From assembly GCA_903823865.1 (NCBI GenBank), contig CAIJUJ010000027.1, forward strand, positions 12,065-76,064: a stretch of DNA of 64,000 nucleotides, read 5' to 3'. The stretch comes from an uncultured bacterium (GTDB lineage Bacteria > Patescibacteriota > Minisyncoccia > Phycocordibacterales > GWA1-40-21). Below are positions 19,146 to 29,317 of this stretch, in pieces. The notes under the pieces are model-generated. The model saw only the letters and a program-made list of their open reading frames with translations. It did no database searches and was not told where the DNA came from. Position 1 is the stretch's first letter. The number at the start of each line of letters is the position of its first letter. Position numbers and translations under genes: made by a program.

Positions 19146-20105
19146 TTATTTAAGAATTATTCCGAAATTTGATAGGGCTTTCTTTATTTCTTGAATTCCC
19201 TTTGAACCCAAACCTTCAATGCCATCAAGATCGTCGGCTTTCTTTTTTGCAAGACCGCCAACTGTTCTTATGTTTGCTTTTGAAAGTGCGTTGACTGTTC
19301 TTACCGAAAGATCCAGACCTTCTATTCTTGTTTTTAGGAATTCTGGGTCTGCTTCAACATCTTTGCTTTCGCCTTTTTCTGATTTCTTTGCAACTTTCTC
19401 TTCTATTGGTTCTTCAAAACCGACAACCGCCTTTAATTGTTCTAGCATAATGTAGATTGATTTTTCAAGAGCTTCAGCTGGTGTAAGTGAGCCGTCTGTT
19501 TCAATTGAGAAAGTGAGCTTGTTGAAATCTGTTCTATCCCCAACTCTCATGTTTTCTACTTCATAATTTACTCTTTTTATAGGAGTAAAGATAGCATCCA
19601 TTGCGATTGTTCCTATTTCAACTTTATCTTTTTGAATTTCTTCTTTTGGAATAAAACCCAAACCTTTTTTGATTTTGATTTCAATTGAAAGTTCTGAACC
19701 TTTTTCAGTCAAAGATGCAATGTGTTGTTTTGGATTTAGAACTTCAACTTGTCCAGGGACAGTTATGTCTCCTGCTGTAACATCTTTTATTCCTTTTACT
19801 TTTAGATGAACTGTCTGTTCTTCATCATTTACAACTTTAAATCTGACATTTTTCAAATTTAAAATTATATTTATTACGTCTTCTTTAATACCTTTTATTG
19901 TAGAAAATTCATGATCAACTCCATCAACTTTAATTGTAATGATAGAAACACCAGGAATAGAAGAAAGGATGATTCTTCTTAAAGAATTACCTAGTGTGTG
20001 TCCGTATCCTGGATACAAACCGTCTATTTCATAAACGCCAAAAAATCCCTCTTCTGAGACTTTCTTTGGTTTTGATGGTAATAAAATTTTGTATTGATCA
20101 GACAT
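19146..20105 (-). CDS. rpoA: DNA-directed RNA polymerase alpha subunit.
   Basis: NTD (GYGHTLGNSLRRILLSS) and CTD helix-hairpin-helix. Conserved alpha-operon order. Confidence 0.95.
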   Translation of the reverse strand: MSDQYKILLPSKPKKVSEEGFFGVYEIDGLYPGYGHTLGNSLRRIILSSIPGVSIITIKVDGVDHEFSTIKGIKEDVINIILNLKNVRFKVVNDEEQTVHLKVKGIKDVTAGDITVPGQVEVLNPKQHIASLTEKGSELSIEIKIKKGLGFIPKEEIQKDKVEIGTIAMDAIFTPIKRVNYEVENMRVGDRTDFNKLTFSIETDGSLTPAEALEKSIYIMLEQLKAVVGFEEPIEEKVAKKSEKGESKDVEADPEFLKTRIEGLDLSVRTVNALSKANIRTVGGLAKKKADDLDGIEGLGSKGIQEIKKALSNFGIILK

Positions 20106-20181
20106 ATTTTTTTTGCCTTCCTTGATTTTTCGTCTTGGTAGGCTGATTAAAATTAATAAATTTTAATAATATTTTAATTGA

Positions 20182-20787
20182 CTATCTGCTGTAATATTGG
20201 AATATTTGGGAAACATCAAATGATATTTCGTTCGCTGGTATTTTTGGCAATCCTTGAACTTTTGCTTCTTTCTTCTCTGTATTATATGCAAGCCATGAAG
20301 GTACTCTTAATTCTTTTTGTTTTGCTTCTAAATCTTTAAAGAGTCCTTTTTTCTTGCTATTTTCTCTAATTGTTATGATATCTCCGATTGATACATGGAA
20401 TGATGGGATTGTGTTTCTCTTGCCGTTTACATCTATATGACCGTGATTTACCATTTGTCTTGCGGCTTGTCTTGTAGAGGCAAATCCTAATCTGTAAATC
20501 GTATTGTCCAATCTTGTTTCAAGTGCTTGTACTAGAGCTTCATTTATATCAGTACCTTTTTTTGATTGAACCTTTTCAACTAGGTTTTTAAATTGTGTTT
20601 CTCCAAGACCGTAGGTCAATCTTGCTCTCTGTTTTTCAATAAGCTGCATTCCAAAATCTGACCCTGCTCTTTTCATTTTCTTTGGGTCTCTTGCGCTTGT
20701 TCTCATTGCAAATTTTTGGGTTTGTGTCTTATCAAATACACTTGGTCCCAATCTTCTTGCTATTTTATATTTTGGTCCTGTTATCAT
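20182..20787 (-). CDS. rpsD: Ribosomal protein S4.
   Basis: Sequence similarity and synteny. Confidence 0.9.
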   Translation of the reverse strand: MITGPKYKIARRLGPSVFDKTQTQKFAMRTSARDPKKMKRAGSDFGMQLIEKQRARLTYGLGETQFKNLVEKVQSKKGTDINEALVQALETRLDNTIYRLGFASTRQAARQMVNHGHIDVNGKRNTIPSFHVSIGDIITIRENSKKKGLFKDLEAKQKELRVPSWLAYNTEKKEAKVQGLPKIPANEISFDVSQIFQYYSR

Positions 20788-20799
20788 ATTTATTAAAAA

Positions 20800-21234
20800 T
20801 TATACTCTTCGTGGTTTTTTAGGTTTTGGTCCATTGTGTGGAACTGGGGTGACATCTTTTATATTTGTAATATTGAAACCTTTAGAAATAAAACCTCTGA
20901 TTGCTGACTCTCTTCCTGAACCAACTCCCTTTACAATTACGTCTATTTCTTTAAGCCCAATGTTCATTGCTTTTTCTCCAAGTGCTTCGCCAACTTTTGC
21001 AGCTGCAAACGGTGTTCCTTTCTTTGCACCTTTAAAACCTAGTGCTCCAGCTGAAGATTGCATGATTGCATTGCCTTTTTTGTCGGTAAGAAGAACGATT
21101 GTATTGTTATATGTTGATTGAACATGCAAAACACCAGACTCAACTCTCTTTTTTGAGCTGGCTTTAACTTGTGCTGCTACATCTTTTGTAACAGCTTTTT
21201 GTTCTGTTTTTGTTTCTGCTTGTTTCTTACCCAT
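20800..21234 (-). CDS. rpsK: Ribosomal protein S11.
   Basis: [24 protein letters not shown]... Confidence 0.9.
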   Translation of the reverse strand: MGKKQAETKTEQKAVTKDVAAQVKASSKKRVESGVLHVQSTYNNTIVLLTDKKGNAIMQSSAGALGFKGAKKGTPFAAAKVGEALGEKAMNIGLKEIDVIVKGVGSGRESAIRGFISKGFNITNIKDVTPVPHNGPKPKKPRRV

Positions 21235-21259
21235 TGTTCGTTATGTATATTATATTAAA

Positions 21260-21640
21260 TTATTTTTTATCAGCTGCTTTTCTACCAGTTCCCATTGTCT
21301 TTCTGACATTTCCCCTTAAGGTTCTTGAATTTGTTTTTGTTCTTTGACCTCTCGATGGAAGTTTTCTTGCGTGTCGTGACCCTCTGTAGCTTTTAATATC
21401 TTTCAATCTTTTTATATTTGCGCCAACTTCTCTTTTTAAATCTCCTTCAATTTTTTTAGCTTCGATGATTTGTCTGATTTTTGCTTCTTGTTCTGGTGTA
21501 ATTTCGGTTGGTTTTTTGTTTTCATCAACTTTTGCTTCAATTAAAATCTGGCGTGCTAAAGGGCGTCCAATACCATAAAGTACTGTCAAACCAATTTTTA
21601 ATCTTTTGTTGTCTGGAATTGTTATACCTACTATACGCAT
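21260..21640 (-). CDS. rpsM: Ribosomal protein S13.
   Basis: MRIVGITIPDNKRLKIGLTVLYGIG. Confidence 0.9.
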   Translation of the reverse strand: MRIVGITIPDNKRLKIGLTVLYGIGRPLARQILIEAKVDENKKPTEITPEQEAKIRQIIEAKKIEGDLKREVGANIKRLKDIKSYRGSRHARKLPSRGQRTKTNSRTLRGNVRKTMGTGRKAADKK

Positions 21641-21698
21641 AAATATATTATAAGAAATACCACAATAGCATTTCTATCATTTAAAATCAACCCTTATT

Positions 21699-21815
21699 TT
21701 AGCCCTGTCTCTGTTTGTGTCTAAGGTTTGATGTACATGTAACATACACTCTCCCCTTTCTTCTAACAGTTTTACATTTGGCACATATTTTTTTGACTGA
21801 AGCTTTTACTTTCAT
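21699..21815 (-). CDS. rpmJ: Ribosomal protein L36 (38 aa).
   Basis: Manual translation: [38 protein letters not shown]-stop. Too short for the ORF track. Sits in the expected slot between infA and rpsM. Confidence 0.85.
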   Translation of the reverse strand: MKVKASVKKICAKCKTVRRKGRVYVTCTSNLRHKQRQG

Positions 21816-21819
21816 ATTA

Positions 21820-22041
21820 TTATATTCTTCTCACTATTCTACCTTTTCCACCATACTCATCTAAGACAACTTCTACTCTATCTCCAATTAAAATTTTTAT
21901 TCTGTGCAATCTCATCTTTCCGGCGAGATAACATAGTAATTCTCCACTATCACTGTCCATTTTTACCTTGAACAATGCATTTGGAAAAGCTTCTAATACG
22001 ATTCCGGTAGCAGTTTTCTTTATTTTTTGTGGTGTTTGCAT
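21820..22041 (-). CDS. infA: Translation initiation factor IF-1.
   Basis: S1-like fold, [33 protein letters not shown]. Confidence 0.9.
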   Translation of the reverse strand: MQTPQKIKKTATGIVLEAFPNALFKVKMDSDSGELLCYLAGKMRLHRIKILIGDRVEVVLDEYGGKGRIVRRI

Positions 22042-22122
22042 CTTTAATTTACAACGCTCTACATGATAACAAAAAAACCAAAATAGTCAAGCCATCTATG
22101 GGTCATATTTGGTATTTTTATT

Positions 22123-23502
22123 TTATTTGTTCAAACTATCTCTAACAGAATCTACAACTTTTATTTTATTACTGTTTGTTGGAAAAGTATTTTTCCACAT
22201 TGGCCGAATAGTAGCCTCAATTTCGGTCACTGAAGTTTTATTATTTTGTATAACAGAACTTATAATTGATTTATTTTGGCCAACAATTTCACTCAATATT
22301 TCATTCGTATCAAATGACCAAACAACTTTTGCAGGACCAGTAAATTTAGCTTTTAATGTTATTTCGTTCCATGGCTTTAAACTAGTTCCAAACAGTGAGA
22401 CAGTATCGTTGTCGTTCCAAAGAATATCTACTTTTGAATTATCAAATGATTTTATTCTGTTTGTAGCAATAAATGAAGCGAGGTCGCTCTTATTAAATAT
22501 GATTGCATTTATCGTACAATCTTCAGAAATGTTATAAACGCTTGTTGCAGAATCATCTGGTAAATCTGTACATTGGATGTAATAATTATCTTTAAATAAG
22601 ATATTATCTGTTGGAGTTTTTGAGTAAGCATCTTTAATAAGATTTGCTGTTAAATTATTTTTTAAATCTGTTCTTCCCGCTGTAAGTTTGTCATCTGAAA
22701 CTTTTTTTACATTACCTGTAAATCCGCCAGAGACGTCTGCGCTAAGTCTTGCATAGAAAGTCGTATATTTTATTGTGCCTTTAAAGCCCGGAATCGTAAA
22801 ATCACCTTTCAAATCTGAAAGCTTCATATTGTATTTGTCCCCCGGCGTGTCCGCAATGATATCTACTTCGATTGATCCTGGAGTTTTAACACCATCAATA
22901 GTTTTTATTCCTGGGACGTCTACTGAGTCCCGGATTCTGTATATCAAACCATCTTTTGTTTCTAATCTTGTATTAATTGTAAGTCTTTGTTTTTGTGTAC
23001 CGGAATTATTAAATATTACAGCTTTTCCTGTAGCCTTCTTCTCAACATACTCCTCGCCATCAGTTTCTAAAGCCTTAGAGAGTTTTTGTTCAATTGCCAT
23101 CGCTTGGAAATGTAAAGTACTTGTTCCAACGGTTTTGTCTGAAGTTATATTATATGTATCATTTAGAGTTATATCTTGGTTTTTGGGAGTAATTGTAATG
23201 GTCGCGGTCGAAAAAGTAGAAGATAAAATAAATAACAATATTGCAACTGCTGCAATTAAAACAATCCATAAAAAAATTATTGAGTCTTTGGTAACTTTCT
23301 TTCTTTCTTCATAGATAGGAGCGTCATTATCATATAGTTTTTCTTCTTCAACAAATCTATCATTAATTATTTTTTCATCTGTTGTTTTTCGAATTGGAAC
23401 TTTTTTTTCAATGCTAAAAGGGTCTTTTTTTACATCACCCCTCTTGACCATTCTTATGCTTTTTTTTACGACAAATATGTCTTGAATGATTTTTCTTGGC
23501 AT
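22123..23502 (-). CDS. Hypothetical membrane protein: about 85-aa cytoplasmic N-terminus, one TM helix, large extracytoplasmic domain.
   Basis: Hydrophobic segment IIFLWIVLIAAVAILLFILS. No recognisable catalytic motif. Confidence 0.45.
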   Translation of the reverse strand: MPRKIIQDIFVVKKSIRMVKRGDVKKDPFSIEKKVPIRKTTDEKIINDRFVEEEKLYDNDAPIYEERKKVTKDSIIFLWIVLIAAVAILLFILSSTFSTATITITPKNQDITLNDTYNITSDKTVGTSTLHFQAMAIEQKLSKALETDGEEYVEKKATGKAVIFNNSGTQKQRLTINTRLETKDGLIYRIRDSVDVPGIKTIDGVKTPGSIEVDIIADTPGDKYNMKLSDLKGDFTIPGFKGTIKYTTFYARLSADVSGGFTGNVKKVSDDKLTAGRTDLKNNLTANLIKDAYSKTPTDNILFKDNYYIQCTDLPDDSATSVYNISEDCTINAIIFNKSDLASFIATNRIKSFDNSKVDILWNDNDTVSLFGTSLKPWNEITLKAKFTGPAKVVWSFDTNEILSEIVGQNKSIISSVIQNNKTSVTEIEATIRPMWKNTFPTNSNKIKVVDSVRDSLNK

Positions 23503-23509
23503 TTGTAAA

Positions 23510-24700
23510 TTATTTATTTAGAAGTTTATTAACAAATATAGTGTCCATTTTAACATATGGTTCGTTAACAAAAGTCTTACTGTTTTCAATAAAACTGTTG
23601 ATAATATTTTCTGTAATAATAAGTACATCTATTTTAGTACCATGTACTTCTAGCTTGTCATTTTTTGCATCTTCAGAAAGATCTTTAACTAAGACATTTG
23701 CTATTTTGCTATTCGGAATAATAAATATGTTGTTTGGAATATTCATTTCATTACAAATTTTTGACAAAGTCTCTTTAAATTTATTTTTCCAAAAATTTAG
23801 ACCCAGACGTAATGATTCGGAACTATTGTTATCGACTGGCAAATCAAAATTTTTATCTTCAGCTATACTAATATTTGACAAAAAAACGTCTTTGGGAAGT
23901 TTTGTTCTATTTAACGATACTTGCATAATATTTTCTTCACCATATGGAATTGATGCAATCGCGAAAATAATATCATCGCGAACAACATAAATATCGGTTA
24001 TCAATTTGCCAATATCAGCATAAATAAAATCATTCTTGTCTGAATATAAATCTCGCAAATATGAATAGGAAGACAAAATGCATGAGTGGTTTTGTTTTTG
24101 CGCATTCTTACCGATTTTTTCATTAAGATTTAAACAAATTTTGTCTTTTATTTCACTTGGTATAAAAGTAACAAAAAGCTCGACAGCAAGATTTAGTGTC
24201 TTTTTTCTATAAATATCTTCGACTTTATAACCATTAAGCTTTGATTGAATTATTTTTTCTTCCATGATTTTAAGATTTTTCTCAGATGTATTATATTCAA
24301 TATTCTTTTCTATTTCTGACTCTTCACCGACCAGAATTTGGCTTAAAACTTTATTTGTTATTTCAAAAGGCTTATCTTTAATAATCTTTATCGTTTTTGC
24401 TTGAGAAATACTCCAAGGAGAACCGATGAAAAAATAATATTTCTCTATCATTTCTTTACTCCCGATTTTTACTAAAGATTGCCTAACCGAAAGAATTGCC
24501 TGGTCAAGTGTCTTAATCATTAACTCAAGATATTTTTTGTTATCCTTTGAATCAATGCTCTTTAGTGAAAAATTTTGACATAAAACTATTTCTGGTTTTT
24601 TGTCTTTTATAAATCTTACTGCAGCAAGAGAAATAGATGCATCTCTAATATCAAAAATAAATGATAAGGAAGGCTGTTTTTTAAATAAGAAAAAACTCAT
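23510..24700 (-). CDS. Actin-like ATPase fold protein, PilM/FtsA-like (tentative).
   Basis: Two sugar-kinase/actin-like phosphate motifs: FIFDIRDASISLAAV near the N-terminus and FIYADIGKLITDIYVV...ASIPYGEENIM mid-protein. Confidence 0.35.
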   Translation of the reverse strand: MSFFLFKKQPSLSFIFDIRDASISLAAVRFIKDKKPEIVLCQNFSLKSIDSKDNKKYLELMIKTLDQAILSVRQSLVKIGSKEMIEKYYFFIGSPWSISQAKTIKIIKDKPFEITNKVLSQILVGEESEIEKNIEYNTSEKNLKIMEEKIIQSKLNGYKVEDIYRKKTLNLAVELFVTFIPSEIKDKICLNLNEKIGKNAQKQNHSCILSSYSYLRDLYSDKNDFIYADIGKLITDIYVVRDDIIFAIASIPYGEENIMQVSLNRTKLPKDVFLSNISIAEDKNFDLPVDNNSSESLRLGLNFWKNKFKETLSKICNEMNIPNNIFIIPNSKIANVLVKDLSEDAKNDKLEVHGTKIDVLIITENIINSFIENSKTFVNEPYVKMDTIFVNKLLNK

Positions 24701-24744
24701 ATATAGACATATTATAATACGTTATAAACACCAATGCAATGATA

Positions 24745-24786
24745 AAAAGCGGGTTTTCGTAGAACGGAAACCCGCTTTTTATTTTT
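24745..24786 (-). terminator. Terminator after alaS.
   Basis: gcgggttt-N11-aaacccgc flanked by A and T runs. Confidence 0.6.
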
Positions 24787-24796
24787 ACAAACTTTA

Positions 24797-26650
24797 TTAT
24801 TCCAAAACAGCTTTTATTCTCCTGACACCAGCACTTGATGCTTCTTCTTTTACAATTTTAAATTGACCAAGTTCCCCAGTATTTTTGACATGTGGGCCTC
24901 CACAAAATTCTGTACTAAAATCTCCGATTTTATAGACTTTTACCACATCGCCATATTTAGACAAATCAAAAGAAAGTGTTGTAACAAGTTTTTTTGCTTC
25001 TTCTTTTGGAAGTTCTAGCATTTCAACTGGTATTTTTTCAGCAATTTTTTGATTTACTAAGTCTTCAACTTGTTTTAACTTGTCAGCTGAAACTTTTTCT
25101 GGCCAATTAAAATCAAAACGCATTCTTTCGGCTGTAATATTACTTCCCTTTTGAACAATTTCTCCACCAAGTACTTTTCTAAGAGATGCAAGAAGTAAAT
25201 GCGTAGTTGTGTGATATTTTGTTTCCATTTCACCCGTCCCTCCAAGCCCACCTTTAAATTTCTGCTCGGACCCAGAACGAGACAAAGCTTGATGTGCCTC
25301 AAGATCTTTCTTAAATTTATCTTCATCAACAACTTTTCCTTTCTCTTTAGCCAATTCCTTGGTAAGTTCAAAAGGAAAACCATAACTGGTAAATAAAACA
25401 AATGGATCAATCCCTTTTTCAAATTCTTTCATTCCAGCCTGCAAGGTTTTTCTAAATTTTAACTCTTCTTTATAAATTTCTAATCTAATAATTTCTCTTT
25501 TATTATATGTTTCTGGATAAGCTTCCTTATAATATTCTAAAACAGTAGCAGTTAGATCAGCAAAATTACCTTGCTTTATTCCTAAAATATCAGCATATCT
25601 AATGGCTCGACGCAATAAACGACGTACAAAATAGCCCCGGTCAGTATTTGATGGAATAACACCATCACTAATCAAAAATATTGATGCCCTAAGATGATCG
25701 GCAATAACACGGTATGAAGTTGTGTATTTATGGTCAGTATATTTTGTATTAGAAATCTTTTCCAAAGAAGATATAAGATTTGCAAATATATCAATCATAA
25801 ATATATCGTTAGTGTTTTGAACAGCCATTGAAATACGCTCTAAACCGCCTCCAAAATCAATATTCTTTTTAGGTAATGGCTCGAATTTTCTATCGCTAAC
25901 TTTTTTAAATTCCATAAAAACAGAATTTCCAATTTCAATATATCGTCCACAGTCACAATTTGGATGGCAATATTTACCATACTTCGTATCATGCTCAACA
26001 AAATCAAATTCGTAAAACATTTCAGAATCAGCTCCACCAGGTTCACCAATAGGCATAGCTTCTGGCGCCCCACCTCTTGACCACCAATTTTTTTCACTAT
26101 ATGAAAATATTCTACCTCCCTGCATACCCAAATTAGCACCATTTTGTTCAGATTCTAAAATTACATCTTTTGCCTCAATTCCTTCTTTTCTAAAAAGTTC
26201 TTTCCAAATCGTCACTGCTTTAGTATCAGCTAATAGATTATTTTCTTTATTACCTGAAAAAACTGTGACATAAATCTTATTGGGATTAATCTTTAATTCC
26301 TTAGTTAAAAATTCAAAAATCCAAGGTATTTGTTCTTTTTGAAAATAATCACCAAAAGACCAGTTACCGAGCATCTCAAAAAATGTAGTATGGCGATTAT
26401 CACCAACTTCTTCTATATCACTAGTTCGAAATGATTTTTGAGAATCTGCAATCCTCTTGCCAAGAGGATGACTTTCACCTAGTAAATATGGCATCATTGG
26501 TTGCATACCAGAGCCAGTAAAAAGAGTGGTTGGATCATTTTCAGGTACAAGTGAAGCAGAAGGAATTATTTTGTGTCCCCTTTTTTCAAAAAATTTTAGA
26601 TATCGTTCTCGGATTTCTTTTGATTGCATTGTTATTAAAATATAGCACAA
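24797..26650 (-). CDS. alaS: Alanyl-tRNA synthetase, short form lacking the C-Ala domain (617 aa). Start probably at MQSKE (about 26629).
   Basis: N-terminal catalytic core (FTGSGMQPM...FFEMLGNWSFGDYFK) and editing-domain HxxxH (HTTTHLL). Confidence 0.85.
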   Translation of the reverse strand: MCYILITMQSKEIRERYLKFFEKRGHKIIPSASLVPENDPTTLFTGSGMQPMMPYLLGESHPLGKRIADSQKSFRTSDIEEVGDNRHTTFFEMLGNWSFGDYFQKEQIPWIFEFLTKELKINPNKIYVTVFSGNKENNLLADTKAVTIWKELFRKEGIEAKDVILESEQNGANLGMQGGRIFSYSEKNWWSRGGAPEAMPIGEPGGADSEMFYEFDFVEHDTKYGKYCHPNCDCGRYIEIGNSVFMEFKKVSDRKFEPLPKKNIDFGGGLERISMAVQNTNDIFMIDIFANLISSLEKISNTKYTDHKYTTSYRVIADHLRASIFLISDGVIPSNTDRGYFVRRLLRRAIRYADILGIKQGNFADLTATVLEYYKEAYPETYNKREIIRLEIYKEELKFRKTLQAGMKEFEKGIDPFVLFTSYGFPFELTKELAKEKGKVVDEDKFKKDLEAHQALSRSGSEQKFKGGLGGTGEMETKYHTTTHLLLASLRKVLGGEIVQKGSNITAERMRFDFNWPEKVSADKLKQVEDLVNQKIAEKIPVEMLELPKEEAKKLVTTLSFDLSKYGDVVKVYKIGDFSTEFCGGPHVKNTGELGQFKIVKEEASSAGVRRIKAVLE

Positions 26651-26677
26651 AATAAGAATTTGGAAAATCCCACAATT

Positions 26678-27271
26678 TTAGAGATTTTTTAGGATTTCAA
26701 AATCATTTTTTAGTTCATCTTTACGGTTTGGATTATAAACAGCAACACAGGGATGATACAAACAAACTATTTTTATTGGCCCATAAGAAGTTCTCGTATC
26801 AAAAGATTTTCCGTGCATTTTGCTTATTGCTTCAACTTTTGAGCCAAGTCCAAATTTTTGCATTATATAACCCATTGAATACCTGCCGAGCGCACAAATT
26901 ACTTTTGGCTGTAATATTTCAACTTGCCTATCTAAAAATGGTCCGTAAATCTTAATTTCTTCTGGTAGTGGGTCGCGGTTTTGCTGGGGTCTATCTTTTA
27001 CTATATTTGTTATATAAACATCCTCTCTTTTAATTTTTACATGCTCCAAAAGTTCATCTAAAACTTTTCCAGCTGTTCCACAAAAAGGTCTGCCTGTTTT
27101 TGCTTCATTTCTTCCAGGAGCTTCCCCGACAAACATGATTTTAGCATCATGGCTTCCCTCTCCAATCACTGGAAAATATTTATTTTCTGTTCTATAAGAA
27201 TAAAGTGGAGATTCTTTTAAATTGAGAACCTCCTCTTTTATTTTTTTCAGAAGTTCTGTTTTGGTGGGCAT
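26678..27271 (-). CDS. Uracil-DNA glycosylase, family 4.
   Basis: GEAPGRNEAKTGRPFCGTAGKVLDELL signature. Confidence 0.8.
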   Translation of the reverse strand: MPTKTELLKKIKEEVLNLKESPLYSYRTENKYFPVIGEGSHDAKIMFVGEAPGRNEAKTGRPFCGTAGKVLDELLEHVKIKREDVYITNIVKDRPQQNRDPLPEEIKIYGPFLDRQVEILQPKVICALGRYSMGYIMQKFGLGSKVEAISKMHGKSFDTRTSYGPIKIVCLYHPCVAVYNPNRKDELKNDFEILKNL

Positions 27272-27282
27272 AATAAAAATGA

Positions 27283-28152
27283 TTATTTTGTAAAACTTCT
27301 TCTACAGTGTTCACACAAAGCTTCTACTTCGTCTTTTATAGATTTAATTTTTTTATCATCAAACTTCACCTCTTTTAATAAATTATCATCAAGAAGGCTT
27401 TTTGAGAGAATTATGCCCCTTAGAAGAAACAGGCTTTTTTCTGCCATTGATAAAGAGGTAAGTGCAGTTATTGGTATGAGCTCATATTTCTCTATCATGT
27501 TATGTAGATTAAAATTGTATGGATAATTCCAGCCAATAAATTTGAGTAATGGTTGGCACTGACCATATTGAATCGCTGTCGTACTAAATTTTGTATTTGT
27601 AATTATCCAACCTTCGGTTAATTTTCTACTTTCTCCACCAAAAACATAGTCTTTACCAAAAATATCATCATAGCGAGCCTTCACGTAAAGCACGATTTTT
27701 AAATCAGATTTTAAATTAAAATCTGTATGAAATTTTGCCTCTGTCATTATTAAATCTTTGTCTTTCCACGCAACGACATCAATTTCATGTGGTACGCACT
27801 TACCCTGAACAACCTGGTCAGTAATTGTTGAATAACCCATTGCCTTAAATATTTCCGCCACAAATTTTTCAAATGGAAAACCTGTAGGACCAAGCATGGC
27901 TACTGCCTTTTTTAAAGAATATCTGACAGCAATTGACTTGTGTTTTTTTCGTAATATAGAAAAAGCCATTCTGTAAATCTCTTGTGTAGTAATAAGTGAT
28001 CTATTTTTGGCTTCAGCACTGACTTCAGAGACAACTTCTGCAATCAACTCGTCTGATGCATCAATTTTTTTAAGAGAACCTTCCAATTTTTTATAATCAA
28101 AAAGTTCTTTTTCTCCGTTGGCTTTTGTTACGTAGAATTCGTTCATATACAT
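27283..28152 (-). CDS. ATP-cone domain fused to an Mrr-like PD-(D/E)xK restriction-endonuclease domain.
   Basis: N-terminal ATP-cone pattern (VTKANGEKELFDYKKLEGSLKKIDASDELIAEV...). It is followed by FEKFVAEIFKAMGY...HEIDVVAWKD...TEAKFH, an Mrr-type D...EAK motif. Confidence 0.6.
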   Translation of the reverse strand: MYMNEFYVTKANGEKELFDYKKLEGSLKKIDASDELIAEVVSEVSAEAKNRSLITTQEIYRMAFSILRKKHKSIAVRYSLKKAVAMLGPTGFPFEKFVAEIFKAMGYSTITDQVVQGKCVPHEIDVVAWKDKDLIMTEAKFHTDFNLKSDLKIVLYVKARYDDIFGKDYVFGGESRKLTEGWIITNTKFSTTAIQYGQCQPLLKFIGWNYPYNFNLHNMIEKYELIPITALTSLSMAEKSLFLLRGIILSKSLLDDNLLKEVKFDDKKIKSIKDEVEALCEHCRRSFTK

Positions 28153-28183
28153 ATAATATCAGACAGGGTAAAAAGTTGAAAGT

Positions 28184-29317
28184 CTAATTAATTATTCCCC
28201 CGCCAAGGCAAACTTCTTTATCATAAATCACAGCAGACTGGCCAGAAGTTATTGCTTTTTGTGATTTTGTAAAATGAAGCTCAAATTTACCAGCAGATTT
28301 CTCAATAATTTTGCATTCCTCTAGTGGTTGCCTGTACCTTATTCGAGCTGAATATTTCTTTGATAAATCTGGAGCTTGCCCAGAAATCCAGTTAATATTA
28401 TTTAACACAATTATCTTAGAATTATTTTCAATAATTTTCTTAGAATCTTGAGATACCGTAATTGTGTTATTTTTTATATTTTTGTTTATTATGTAATACG
28501 GCAAATCATTTGGAGTTTTTTCAGTAATTTTGAAACCATGTCTTTGCCCGATTGTTAAATAAAAAGCTCCATCATGCTCACCTATCACTTTTTCATTTTC
28601 ATCTAAAACTTTTCCTTTCTTTTCTTTAATATAATTTTTAAGAAAATCTTTGATATCAATTTTTCCGATAAAACAAAGTCCCTGACTATCTTTTTTTACT
28701 GCTGTACTCAAACCAAATTTTTCTGCTAATTTTCGAACTTCTGGTTTTTCAATATCACCTACTGGAAAAAGAGTTTTTGAAAGTTGTTTTTGTGTAAGTG
28801 TCCAAAGAAAATATGACTGATCTTTATTTTTGTCATCACCGGCTAATAATTGATATTTTTTATTTTTTCCGCGTTGGTCTGCGTTAAGTCCGCATTTTTC
28901 TGCGATTCTGGTATAATGTCCTGTCGCAACAAAATCTGCTCCTTGTTTCATCGCCCAATCAAAAAATCCGCCAAATTTTACATATTTATTACACATAACA
29001 TCAGGATTTGGTGTTTTTCCAACTTTATATTCGCGGATCATATAATCCACAACTTCTTTTTTGTATTCTTTTTCAAGATTCAAAGTGAAAAATGGAATAT
29101 CAAGTCTTGCACAAACACGCATCGCATCTAGACGATCCTGTTTCCATGTACACTCAAATGGCCTGCCCTTCGGAGCTTCAGCGGAGTAGGGTTGCCAAAC
29201 TTTTATAAAAACTCCAGTAACATCATATCCTTGATTTTTAAGCAATGCAGTAGAGACAGAAGAATCTACTCCGCCAGACATCCCAACGTATACCTTTTTG
29301 CTATTTAAAGGAGACAC
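28184..29317 (-). CDS. mnmA: tRNA-specific 2-thiouridylase.
   Basis: PP-loop VYVGMSGGVDSSVSTALL and conserved Cys. Confidence 0.9.
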   Translation of the reverse strand: MSPLNSKKVYVGMSGGVDSSVSTALLKNQGYDVTGVFIKVWQPYSAEAPKGRPFECTWKQDRLDAMRVCARLDIPFFTLNLEKEYKKEVVDYMIREYKVGKTPNPDVMCNKYVKFGGFFDWAMKQGADFVATGHYTRIAEKCGLNADQRGKNKKYQLLAGDDKNKDQSYFLWTLTQKQLSKTLFPVGDIEKPEVRKLAEKFGLSTAVKKDSQGLCFIGKIDIKDFLKNYIKEKKGKVLDENEKVIGEHDGAFYLTIGQRHGFKITEKTPNDLPYYIINKNIKNNTITVSQDSKKIIENNSKIIVLNNINWISGQAPDLSKKYSARIRYRQPLEECKIIEKSAGKFELHFTKSQKAITSGQSAVIYDKEVCLGGGIIN

